From Trichinella spiralis (Eukaryota): a stretch of 45,624 nucleotides of DNA. The DNA lies in contig NW_003526941.1 in NCBI RefSeq assembly GCF_000181795.1, positions 8,326,994 to 8,372,617 on the forward strand. Reading direction: 5' to 3'. This document shows, in pieces, positions 25,756 to 37,181 of this stretch. Position 1 is the stretch's first letter, and the number at the start of each line of letters is the position of its first letter. The translations under genes and the position numbers were made by a program. The notes under the pieces were generated by a model. That model ran no database searches and was not told the DNA's origin. It worked only from the letters and a program-made list of their open reading frames with translations.

Positions 25756-28700
25756 ATGCTAATGGCTGTCAGTGAAAGCGCCATGTACGACGAAAATAGC
25801 AACAATTTGATGGCAATGGTCAATCACTTGATGAACGTGAAAGATTCTCGCTGGCTTCAGCTGGAAGTATGCCGCGAGTTTCAGCGTGGTCAGTGCGCCA
25901 GATCTGAGGGTGAATGCAAATTTGCCCATCCTCCATCGCACGTTGAAGTTCAGAATGGTCGGGTTACCGCCTGTTACGACAGCATCAAAGTGAGTTTGAT
26001 TTTTTTTCTCTTTTTTTGATCGAACATATAGTAAAGTAGACGAAAGTTTTCTTCGGTATTCTATATTTATTATTAATAGATGTATGTAACTTTTTAAGAA
26101 AAAATATTATTCAATATTAGCATCTCATTTGGCGTATATTGTGTCTAGTTTTTGAAAACTGGACAACACTGATGATGACAGTTCTTCGATTTTACAGAAA
26201 TGGTTCGTTGTTCGCTTTATTATTGTAAAGCAATCTTTGTTTAGCAAAATGATAATTCTCAGAGATACGTCACGACAGTAAAATTGACGGCAAGTTTGAG
26301 CATATTTAAGTTAAGAAAAAGAAAGAATTTATTACTTTTTATCAGAAAATTGTTTTCTCGCGGAGTTAGCTTGTGTCAAAGTCAAATTGGCTTCTCAAAT
26401 TGAATTTTTTTTTGTTTTTCTTTTTTTTTGTCCAGTTGATTTCATCAAAAAAAAAGCATTTTTATTCGAAAATTTTGATGATCATCAAGTGGACACTTTG
26501 TGAAAGGGATGTAATGTTTTCAAGTCTTTTCAAAATTTATAGATAAACATCTGCCAACTTTTGCACTTCTTTATAATAGTGTATTTCAAATTAATTTTCA
26601 GTTTTAAAAAAATAAATTTAAATTTTTAGGGTCGATGCACGCGTGAAAATCCGAAATGTAAATATCTTCATCCACCACAGCATCTGAAAGATCAGCTTTT
26701 GATCAATGGACGTCAAAATTTGGCCATAAAAAATCTTCTCATGACTCAAATGTCCACGCCCACTATTTCTCCAATAGGCGTTAGCCCGTTGACTGTGGTC
26801 AGTTGGAGACGTGTTATTTTTTTTTTCCTCTGCATTTCTGTTGTATATATTTGCGTTAATTATTTCAGCCTGGAACCAATGCCATACTTTCTGGTGTTGC
26901 TACTGCGGCCACGGCTTACAACCCATATGCCGCATATGCGTTGAACACGCATCCAATGTATTCTGGTTTAGTTCCGGCAAATTCCGACAGTTTGGCTACG
27001 GTAATTCATAGCTGATGATGATTAATCGTAACGACAATGAACAAACAATACGAATGCAATGTTTTGTTTGTTTTTATTGGATGATGAAAACTTTTTTTTG
27101 AATATTATTTGAAATTCCAGGTTGGTGGAATAATAAACACTGCTGGCAATGCGACACCTGCATCTGTGGCTGCCGCAGTAAATGCTGCGCAGGTACCACC
27201 TAATAAGACGGTCGTAACTCCTCGAGCTGACCGTGTGGAAGTAAGTTTTTTTTTTTAATTTAGTTCAGCCGAAGAGGTGGCGTTTAGGAATTATCATAAT
27301 TTCGCACTACTGCATTGCGCATATTTTACTGTTCAGCATCACTATTAATTAATTTTAAATAGAATTTGAAGGAATTTTCTTTTCGAACAGAACAGACTTG
27401 AAGGTATTTTATTTTTATTTTATACATTTCTTGCACCGTTTTATCAATATTACAGTGTTGATTAAATATCAGTTGTTAACTGCACTGCAGTTACTTTTTT
27501 TAAGATTCAAACTCCCGTCTACAAAAGTAAAAACAGTCAGTGACTGACAAGCACAAGCTTTTGTTTAAAGCGTTTGTTGCGCAACATTGTATGAACAACA
27601 GCAAACAATATGGAAAGAAAATTGCATTCTCAAAATATGTGTAATCAAAGATGAACAATGAATAAAATTTAATTAATTAAGATAAAGGTTACTCTTCTTC
27701 TTGCATGCTGCTTGGATCATTCATTTAATTATTATTGAATATGATCATCAACTTCATTTTTTGGTTTGTTTTTTTTAAATAACTTTTAGAAATAACATCG
27801 TGTGATTATTTTTTGCGCTTATTATTATGAAATAATATGAATGGAATGGCCGTGTAAGTTGTGAATGCATTATTACTTTATAGTTTTCATTCTTTCCTTT
27901 CTCATATTATTTTCATGATCTTGGTAGTGTTGCTCTCGTTGTTGTTGTTGTTGTTGTCTGTTTTTTTGTTTTTTTTTGCTTACCATTTGTTGGTTGGTTA
28001 ATTTCAGTCAATTCCGGCTGCCGCTACGACCAGCGCTTCTGCCTGCGGCGGTAGTGCTTCATATGCATCAAGCTCCAAGAAAAGGCCTTTGGAAGTGGAC
28101 GTTGCTTCCGCTACGAACAGTTCGCTAATGCTGGCTGCTGCGGTATTTTTCATTTCAGTTTGCTTTTATTTATTCTTTTTTCCCTCATTTGCATGTGTAC
28201 ATTTACTGCTGTAAGTCTGATTAATTAATTATTTAACTTTCAAAAAAAAGAAAACCATTTTTCTCCCTCTCATTCTCTTTCTCTCTCTCTCTCTATCATT
28301 ATCATACACATCAGTTGTCTGTATGGTTTTGTGAATTTTATTTCTTAAGCTTTATGCTTGGTGTTATGATGATCACCATTGCATGTCTGTTTGTGGTCAA
28401 CAATGCTTATGCATGTTACATATTTATTTATTTAGAGCAGGTAAGACAGACGAATGCATTGCTAATGTAATAATAATGATGATTATAATTATTGTCTACA
28501 TTCATTGATTTTAATCTGAATAATACATGATTTTTTATTTCATTTTTCACATTGTATATGGAAAAGCGATCTGTTTTTTATTTGAAGATAATTTTTTGTC
28601 AGCTTTTACAGATAAAAATATTATTTTTTATTCAAGGACGGTTAAAAATCCTTGTTATTCATTTCCACGACTTATTATTAACAATAGCAGTGCATTTTAT

Positions 28701-30491
28701 TTGTTACTTTGAAATTTATTTTAATTATAATTGTTCTCTGGTGAAATCAGTTGTTAAGAGAAAACATGTTGTTCAGTAATCAGTCTATTTTTACAAAGTT
28801 TTACAAAAAAATATTTTTTTTCATATTGTTTCACGTGATTTCATTGCTAAAATGGACAAGTATGATGATATTCGAAACATAGTTGTTGCTGTTATTTAAT
28901 TAAGGATGTTCAAATTAGTAGAGGGGGGAGGGAAATTAAAATTGTTATTAATAAATTCGAGCCATTTATTTTCCAGGTTTTGCAGAACAAACGCCCAGCA
29001 TATGACAAAGGCGGTGTTCCCGTCTTTCAGCCGGTCACTGCAAATCCAGCCCAAGTCGGCGCTGCCGTCGGCCCAGCTTTTCATTATCCACAGTTTGCCG
29101 CTCTGCACGGCATACAAGCTTCTTACGTTCCAGTTACTTGTAAGTTGTATATTTTTTCACCTGCTAAAATGCGTTTACTTCTTTTAGCCATTTGTTGAGG
29201 ATGAACTTTTCCCATAGCAAACGACAGAGAGTATATTCATCTGTTTGTTTGTTTGTTTTTTCTTTCATAGCATACCTATTATTTATTAGTTGAACACTTA
29301 TTTCATTACACATCCATCCCATTTGCACGTTACTGAAATTCTGAAATTTCACTTTTATTAAAAATGCTAAAGTAGCAAATTTACTAATATCTGTTGAATG
29401 TGAATGATTTTGTTTGTTTGTTTGTTTGTTGGTTGGTTGGTTGGTTGGTGGTTTTTTATGTGGCAATTATTATTATTATTATGCATTTGGTGCGTGGACT
29501 GAGCATGAGTTTACGTGCATTTTTTGTCTGCTGTTTAGTTCCTTCGACTGTGTTATCCTCTCTTGCCACAAATGTTACTACTACACCTGCCGTCGCTACT
29601 ACTAAAAGTGCTGCTCTGGTTCCTGCGGGTCGAATGGTTTCACCTTCCAACCATTACTCTGTAGCCTATTATGACGAGTCTGGACAGGTACATATTTCCT
29701 GTACCATATCATGCATTAGGTTGTTGGCGTTTTTTCAAATCAAGAAAAAATTTTTCATCTAATTTTAATATTTTTCTCTGTCTACAACAGTTATTTTTAC
29801 TTATTGTAGATGAAATTTTTCTGCGTATTTGATTTTAATTTTTCAAATTTAATATCATCATTTATAAATAATTGTTATAATTGCAATGCATAGTTATAGA
29901 TTTAGTTAATATTTCGAGGAATGGAATAAAGAGAAAAAAATTTTTTACAATTATTTATCACATTCAGGAAACTTATTTTTGAGAAGTGTTCTTTTGAAAT
30001 GCTATCTCATTTCGCTGTTCATCATCATTAGCAGCATATATGTTCAGCATTATTCAAATAATGTGCATTGATGAAATTGTTGAAAAGCTTTATTTCAAAT
30101 TGATGAGGCGACAGCTAAAGGGAAACTTATGCCACGTTTTTTAATATTATTTGGCAAGGTTTGGAAGTTTGAATGTGTTTAAGCTTGGTCTCTTTTTTGG
30201 TTTTATTCCATTTGTTTTAACTGCTCCTCTGTATTGAAATTTCTTTTCGCATGATGCAAAAGTTTGAATTGCATTTTTTTTGAAAACTGTAACGTATGAA
30301 TGAATGCTTTGGTATGTGTAATGTATGTATGTATGTATGTATGTATGTATGTTTGTTTGTTTGTTTGTTTGTTTGTTTGTTTGAAAGGAAAATTGTTCAT
30401 GCTCCTCATCCATTCCAGAAAATGATAACAAGAAAATTGTTTCATTTTTCTTTCAGTTACTGGACACCCTACCAGTATGCCGCGATTTTAA
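25756..30491 (+). CDS. mbl-1: Muscleblind predicted short isoform (about 328 aa, one zinc-finger pair) from skipping exon 29539-29687
   Basis: Joining 29139 (phase 1) directly to 30457 reads [20 protein letters not shown] (TAA 30489-30491). This resembles the C-terminus I recall for short invertebrate Muscleblind isoforms (FTGHPPGVPRF-like). Confidence 0.78.
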
Positions 30492-31328
30492 ACTTGGGCG
30501 TTGTAGTCGTTCTACATGTCGATATGTACATTTAAATGAAGGTAAGTTGATTGTTAGCTTGTTTGAAATTTTATAAAATATTCCATTTTTATGAATATTT
30601 CTTGAATATTTTTTTTATAAATCAAACGTTTTTTTATAGATTATGTTGAAGTTTCCGATGATTATAAAGTGTTTGTTTGTCGTGATTTTGCAAAAGGAAG
30701 ATGTTGTCGAGTGCAATGTAAATTTTATCATCCACCAATTTTGAATAACAATTTCGCCGTTGCTGGCAGTCAGTATATGCGCAATATTATTGCTACCAAC
30801 TCACGTACTGGAATTGGAATGCCAGCTGCGACATCGTCGAGCAGCAGCAGTACAGCAGCTAAAGTTTCTGTTTTCAATGCACCGCTTTATCATCATCATC
30901 ATCAGCTTGCTGCTGCAGTTTCTTCAACTCAGGCGCAGATTTTGGATGCTATTTTGCGCCATTTAGCCGCAGCGGAGCAACGCAATCTTGCAGGCAACAT
31001 GCTGACAACATTAGCTGAAACAGAAACAGCAGCAACAACATCGACGATAACAGCGACGAAAATTAAACTTACCACTACTACTGCTTCCACTGCACTTCCC
31101 GCTGTTGGTATTTTTGGCAAATATAACAACAATACCAATGATGTAATATTTCCTAGTCAAACATTGCATGGACAACATTCTGGTACTGATTCAGCAGCTA
31201 ATGTTGGTGGTTTGCTATGGGGTGATTTAGTGAAACTAGGATCCATGGTCCAATCGGCCGTGAATATTCCTCCATTGACTGGTGCCAAAAATTCCTCCAC
31301 GGCAGGTTTCCCACCACTTTGCCCCTGA
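25756..31328 (+). CDS. mbl-1: Muscleblind-like CCCH zinc-finger splicing regulator, long isoform (about 624 aa, four zinc fingers)
   Basis: Exons 25756-25989, 26630-26797, 26869-27000, 27121-27240, 28008-28142, 28977-29139, 29539-29687, 30457-30541, 30640-31328; all GT-AG and the joined frame is open (1875 nt). Signature peptides [19 protein letters not shown]...[75 protein letters not shown]. Second finger pair: [19 protein letters not shown] and [19 protein letters not shown]. Confidence 0.92.
29408..29447 (+). repeat. Compound (TTTG)n(TTGG)n microsatellite in mbl intron
   Basis: ttttgtttgtttgtttgtttgttggttggttggttggttgg read directly. Confidence 0.85.
30320..30383 (+). repeat. Compound (TATG)n(TTTG)n microsatellite in mbl intron
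   Basis: atgtatgtatgtatgt... followed by gtttgtttgttt... read directly. Confidence 0.9.
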
Positions 31329-34300
31329 GGAAATTTCTTCCACATAAGTTTTTGCTTTCTCAATATTTTCCTATTTGTTTTGTTCATTTATTACTATTGG
31401 TTTTCCGTTTTTCATTTTTTAATTTGTAGAAAAGAATTTTCCCGTTTCGTTATTTGAAAATAACTTTAGCAAGAATGCACAAGTGAATTATTATTGGTTA
31501 CTGCATGGAGTGAGAGGTTTTGATTAACTTAAAATTTTCATTTTGAACGAAAGTCAACAAATATATATATATATATTGTTTGTTGAACTGAATATTTTAC
31601 TTTTTCATGTGTATGACAATCATTCATTGCTTTTTTCATTTTCAAATTTTATTCATCTTTTCTTTCCAGATTTTTCTGTTCTGTTCTATTCTTCTTCAGA
31701 TGATGATCATAGGTTTTATTCTTCTTCTTCTTCTTTCTGACTTGTAGTTGATATCGTGGTTTTATTTTTCTGCATGTTATTATTATTATTATTATCAGTT
31801 GAGCAGTTTCTGCGTTCTATTTTCCAACACTTCTGCTGCAAATTTGATAAGTTTATTAATTATTTAAATTTTCAATTCAAAGTTTGACAATCCTGTCGTT
31901 TCTTGTTCGATTTTGCATTTGTATTCTTCTTGTTGTTCTGCTCAACAACCACTGACGGAAATGCGTGGGAAAATGTTATGAAAATGGAAAAGTGGGCAAT
32001 GTCCACTTGAATGAAATGGAAAAGGAGAGATTGTCTTCATGGTGAAAAAAAGGCTCACTGACAGGAAAGAATTCTTTTATTACTTCTTCCTATTTTTCTT
32101 TCTTTCTCACATGTTGGAATGTTTTGATTGCAATTGCGAAAATTAACTCAAATTTGCCACGTTTGTTGTTAATTAATTAATTTTTTTCAGTTTTATTTAT
32201 CATATAGTCCCAATAAAAGTGTGTTTTTATTATATTTTATTGTTTTTCATTTTTTACAAATTTATTATTATTTTGTATATTTTGTATATTATGTATTTGT
32301 GATTGATTTACTAAGAAGAGAATGAGCGATGATGTCCCAAATGAAGTAAATTCAGACGGTTGATCTGATGACGAATCTGAGTGAGTGATGGACAAAATTT
32401 CCAATCAGCTCTCCAATCCAAATCATCAACACAGAACTTCATCACTGTTGCACCATTTGCTGCATTTCAAATGCTCTGGAATGGTAAGTTGGCCGCGTTG
32501 TTAAAATTTGCATAAATCTTCTCTGCGCCACACTGAGTTTACCTCTCTGTTCTCTTTGTTAATAGCTGAAGGCGGCAAATCGCTTTCGTATCTCATCGTT
32601 TAGTTCAGTTTTGATGTATTAAGAAAAAAGAAAACAATTAATGATTTTCCAACTTTCAACTTTTTTACAAATCAATGCGACAACATTATAATTTGGCAGT
32701 TTGTCTCTCGCAAACCACTTACCTTCGTGCTGTCGAAGAAAAGCTGGAAAAAAGCATTGGCAAAAAAGCACAGCTTTAAAAAATTCAAGTAATCATATGA
32801 AAGTAATATTATTTAAGCTGATGTCTATTATTGCTTTTTTTGAGTGAATTTAGGTTAAAGGGTGCTCTTTTGTCTTATCCCACTGAAAATAATTTTCTCA
32901 TCTATCTTGAATATCATTTTACTGTAGCAAAGTCGTAATCAGTTTACTGCGTATTTTTATCGATGAAAAGATGTTGCATCTTGCCTGTCCATTGTGATCA
33001 GTGTAATAGAAATATTCTCTTATCGCTTTTCAATGGTAAGTGAACTTTTGAACATGTATATGTGTATGTGCAAATAACGAAACGAATAGGTGTGATATTC
33101 ATTCGATAATCCAGTAGCAGTTTTTTCACTTTCATTCGCTTTTTCAGTTCACTTAATAAAAAGTAAAAAAAGTATTTTAAATATATTAATCTTTTTCAGA
33201 TTAAGAGATTTTTAAATATAAGATTCAACTGTTCATGCAGTGCGTGTTGCATGGGCAGTTTTTGCACATGATGCTTTTAAATGATTAGAAAGATAATGAC
33301 AATGAACACAGTGTTCAGTGAGTGTATTACTGCTTGGCGGTTAGTCTAAAGCTCTAACTATCTGGCTTTTTCATATATTCGGTATTCAGTTTTAGAAAAA
33401 TTGCCTTTTAATTTGATTATCTTATGAAACTGATGATTTGTAAAGTTAAATTGAAAAATGCAGTATTGTTTTACAAATTATAGATTTGAAATGAACAATG
33501 AACTTTTGAACTTTATGAATATTGTTCTTTATTTTAGGCATTTTCAAGATAACTGGTTAGTCAGCTTATTTGGCAATGAAGTACAATACCAGAGCCATGC
33601 TCCTTTTCGGTGCTCTATCCGTTAATTGGATTGGTGAGATTATTGGTTTATCAAGTTTGATTTAAAAGATTTACTTTGATTATGTAATAAATGATGTTCA
33701 AAATGAATTTCTTCACCTGATACTATGAATGAGATTTAATTTCTGATTGTTTTGCAAAAGTTTTATTATATGAAATATAGCTAACCTGTCTTTGAAATAA
33801 TTGTTCCTCTCTTTTAGAATACATGATGAATGACGCTGAAATTTAATGCATTGCTACAATTTGGTAAGTAACATTGTTTTCATTTTTTGATATCAAACAT
33901 GAGTTCTATTTAATTATCAGCATGGCAATTTGTGATGCATATTCAGTGCAATGTATATAATATGTGTGTAAAGGTATTTGATAAAAATATTGTATTATTA
34001 GTTTTTCTGTTTCTTTGTGGGGAGATGTAGTTTAAGATTTTTGCATCGGTTCAAAGTTAACATCAGTTCATTTTTTGACATTCGAATGAATGTTGTCGTC
34101 AATGAGAGAAAAAGGAAAGCGTTTAATGTTCACTGAGTGACGTGCTGTTTTTGTTTTCATCAGCTTTTACAACTCAAAAGATGGTTAGCAATAATTGTAT
34201 AGCAGTACTGTATAAGAAATTGGAAAGTAAGGTATCAGTTGTGCATTTGATTTGATTTGATTTGATTTGATCGTAAAATATGGAGCTATCGTGTCCCGTT

Positions 34301-34562
34301 CAGTTAATTATTTGTTCCATCACGATATTGGGGCTGTTTTATTTTTATAAACTTAATTGCGAATGAAACGTGAGAACGTGGTTTGCAGTGCAGAAAATTC
34401 AGATAGCGTATATTACACAATTGTAAGGTGTGTAGTCGCCAATTGACTTTGCAACCGTCTGAAACGGTAACTGTGCAGTTGCTATAGTATGCGGTGGAGA
34501 TTTTTCTTTGGACGTATGTGTTTAATTAAATTAAATTAAATTTAATTTAATTTAATATAACG

Positions 34563-37181
34563 TCAGTTTACTTTGTACATGCTGTGGTCATTGTTCATGA
34601 TGAGCAGTATGACAGGAAGTACGACAAATGCATGAAACATGCCCATTAAAACTACGAGAAAGCAAGTTTTGAAAAATGTTCTAGAAATATAATAGTCGAC
34701 AAAAGTGAGTGGTAAAACGCCAAGTATCGTGGCAATGCCACCTTGAATTACTGGCCAGCCAACGGATGACAAAGAATGACGCAGTTTGACTGAAGCGTTC
34801 GTTCCAGGAGCTTGGAAGTAATAATGACAAACGTGGGCGGCGTATTCAATGGAAAAATCTAAACTCATCAAAATGTTTATCATTGATATTGGGTCCAAGT
34901 CGACACCCCAAATTGCTAGTAGACCGATTACGCCTAAATCGGTCGACAGGAGCATCATGCCGACTAGAAAAACGCTGCTCGACGTTGGGATAAAAATGGC
35001 GGTCATGATCATCAGGCTGAGAATGCCCATGCCGGCGGTTTGTAATGTATTCCTTGGCAAACTGATCAACTGGTCCGCGATGAAAGCTTGACGATCACCG
35101 TAAATGATCGGTTCAAATTCAGAAAACTTTCTACTAATCTGACGCCATATACTGACAATTGGTACCCATCCTCGTCCTCCGTTTGGGCTGTGGAAGGTGG
35201 TCGTGAAGAAGAAACTTTTGATCTTGTTCATCTGGGATTCGTTTTTCCATCGAATTTCTGTCAAGTGTTGCTTGAATGCGGGAATTTGGAAAAACTCTTC
35301 CAAATGATCGTAGAATTCTTCTTTCGATCGACGTTTCAGTTGTAAAAAATTACTGTAACTATGATACCACAGATTGGTTGTCGAAGGTCCCCCGGAATAG
35401 GGTGTGCTTTCAATTAGATGGACAAAGTTCAGAAACCGGCGCACTTGGGTTTCGTTCCTGAAATCCGGTGCTTTGTACACGTAGACGTGCACTTCGGCAG
35501 ATTTTAAATAATAATTGTCCATGAGTTCAGAGAATCGTCGAGCCGGTGAATCGGCAGTGACCAGCTTGGCAGCTGAAAAACCGACTTCTATTTGACTGCA
35601 ACCCCAGAATGAGAATAGCACATAAATCAGGTAGATAATGGTGAGAGAAATTTGCGAGATCGGCTTGCACAGCAGAGGCAGATATGTGTTACAAAAGAAC
35701 CGGGACAGTTTTTCCGCAATCATTGAATTCGATGCAACTTTGGTGGTGGTGATGCTTTTCGTTGCATCCGAGGCGGTTGTGGATTTGTTATCTGATTTGC
35801 CACTGCACTGCCAGAGGCAATTGTTCGTCGTCGTCTTCTTCTTCTTCTGCTCCGCAGAGCCGAGTAGGTAGACAATGGCTGAGAAGAAGGTGATTTGATA
35901 AATATAATCGAAAGCCATTGCCACGGCTGTATAAATGCTGAAAACTTGAATAGCCGGCATTTCTGACAGCAGACCCACGGTGAATAGCGCGATGTCGGTT
36001 AATGAAGTCAACGTGATCGCGCTTCCCGACTGACGCAATGTTTGACTGATGCGTTTCTCGGCCGACCATCTCGAGTCGGTCAGTTTCCAAGCTTGTATAG
36101 TTAAAAAGGTGTCGTCGATGCCGATGGCCATGGTCAAAAATGGAACCGCCACAATGGTACCGTTCAACGGTATGCCGACGTGCAATAGCAGACCGACCGA
36201 AGAGACGATCGCCATTATTGACGACACGCAGCCGGCCACACCTTCCCAGCGTTTGTCTTCAACCACATCTCGGGACACGTTGGAGCCGACTGTGAAGCCG
36301 AACATGAAAAGCAGCAAAAAGCCGATGGCCGGCGTCAGGCTGATTGCACTTTGCAGCACTTGTTCGGTCAGGAACGACCGGCTGAACATCACGCACGGAT
36401 GGACATCTTTGGAACCGCACTGAATGGTCACGTAATTGCGCATGCTCTGCTCAGAAGCTTCCAGCTGTTTCTCCATCTCCGGCCCGCTGATTACCAGCGG
36501 ATAATTGAGAGTGACCACTTTCGCTTTGGTCGACCGATCTTCCGCACCGACCACATTGTAGCCCATGAACAAGCGCATGTCGAGCAATTCGACGAACGGA
36601 TAACGGAAACGGAAATTCGGATCCGGTCCAGTTGTATTGCGCTTCTGATACAGTTGCAAGAACAAGATCAGTGCTGTGTTGGCGTAACTGAAAATTTACA
36701 CAACTGCACGAACAATCTTTGGAATATGCAAAACAAATGGAAACACAACACACCCGCATTGAGTTTGCACTTTGCAAAGATCCTTGCCGAAATACTGCAC
36801 CGTACCATCTAGCGGACTGGTGTAGTTCAAGTGGTTCATGATGTGCTCGTTGATTTGGAGAATTTCTCGAACGGTGCAGTCTTGCAACACGTTTGCACCT
36901 CCATGTTCGAACAGTATTTGCAATAGGTAAAGTCGACGGTTGGGTTCGTCCAAGTTCCAGAAACGTTTCACCGCTTTGGATTCTGCCAACGACAACGCCC
37001 CGGCCGGCGTGTACAATTGGTCAATATCCAGCTGTTGTTTGATTCTCAGCAGACCGGTGCATAGGGCTAAAGTGATCAGCAGAGGTGAAGCGACGAACAG
37101 TACCGGATGACGACTGATCAGCCAGCCGTGTCGTTCAAACGTGTTGTGCAGAAACAGGTCCATTTTCAACGAATATCCCAT
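34563..37181 (-). CDS. Patched-related (PTR/PTCHD) sterol-sensing-domain RND-type membrane protein, about 850 aa, 2 exons
   Basis: Exons 37181-36754 and 36687-34563 joined by a 66-nt GT..TTTTCAG intron (36753-36688), restoring frame as ...VQTQCG|YANTALIL.... N-terminal FERHGWLISRHPVLFVASPLL TM1; SSD with VPFLTMAIGIDDTF and SGSAITLTSLTD; C-terminal WGVDLDPISMINILMS...AAHVCHYY...GWPVIQGG...FFKTCFLVVLMGMFHAFVVLPVIL. Confidence 0.93.

Noticed and set aside
27363..27403. Possible extra mini-exon in mbl intron 4 (…CAG AACAGACTTGAAG GTATT)
   Set aside because: Candidate lengths (8, 13, 41 nt) all shift the frame and the signals are weak; no support.
36660..36760. Apparent frameshift or pseudogenisation splitting the PTR gene into two ORFs
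   Set aside because: Resolved by a canonical 66-nt GT..TTTTCAG intron (36753-36688) that restores the frame.
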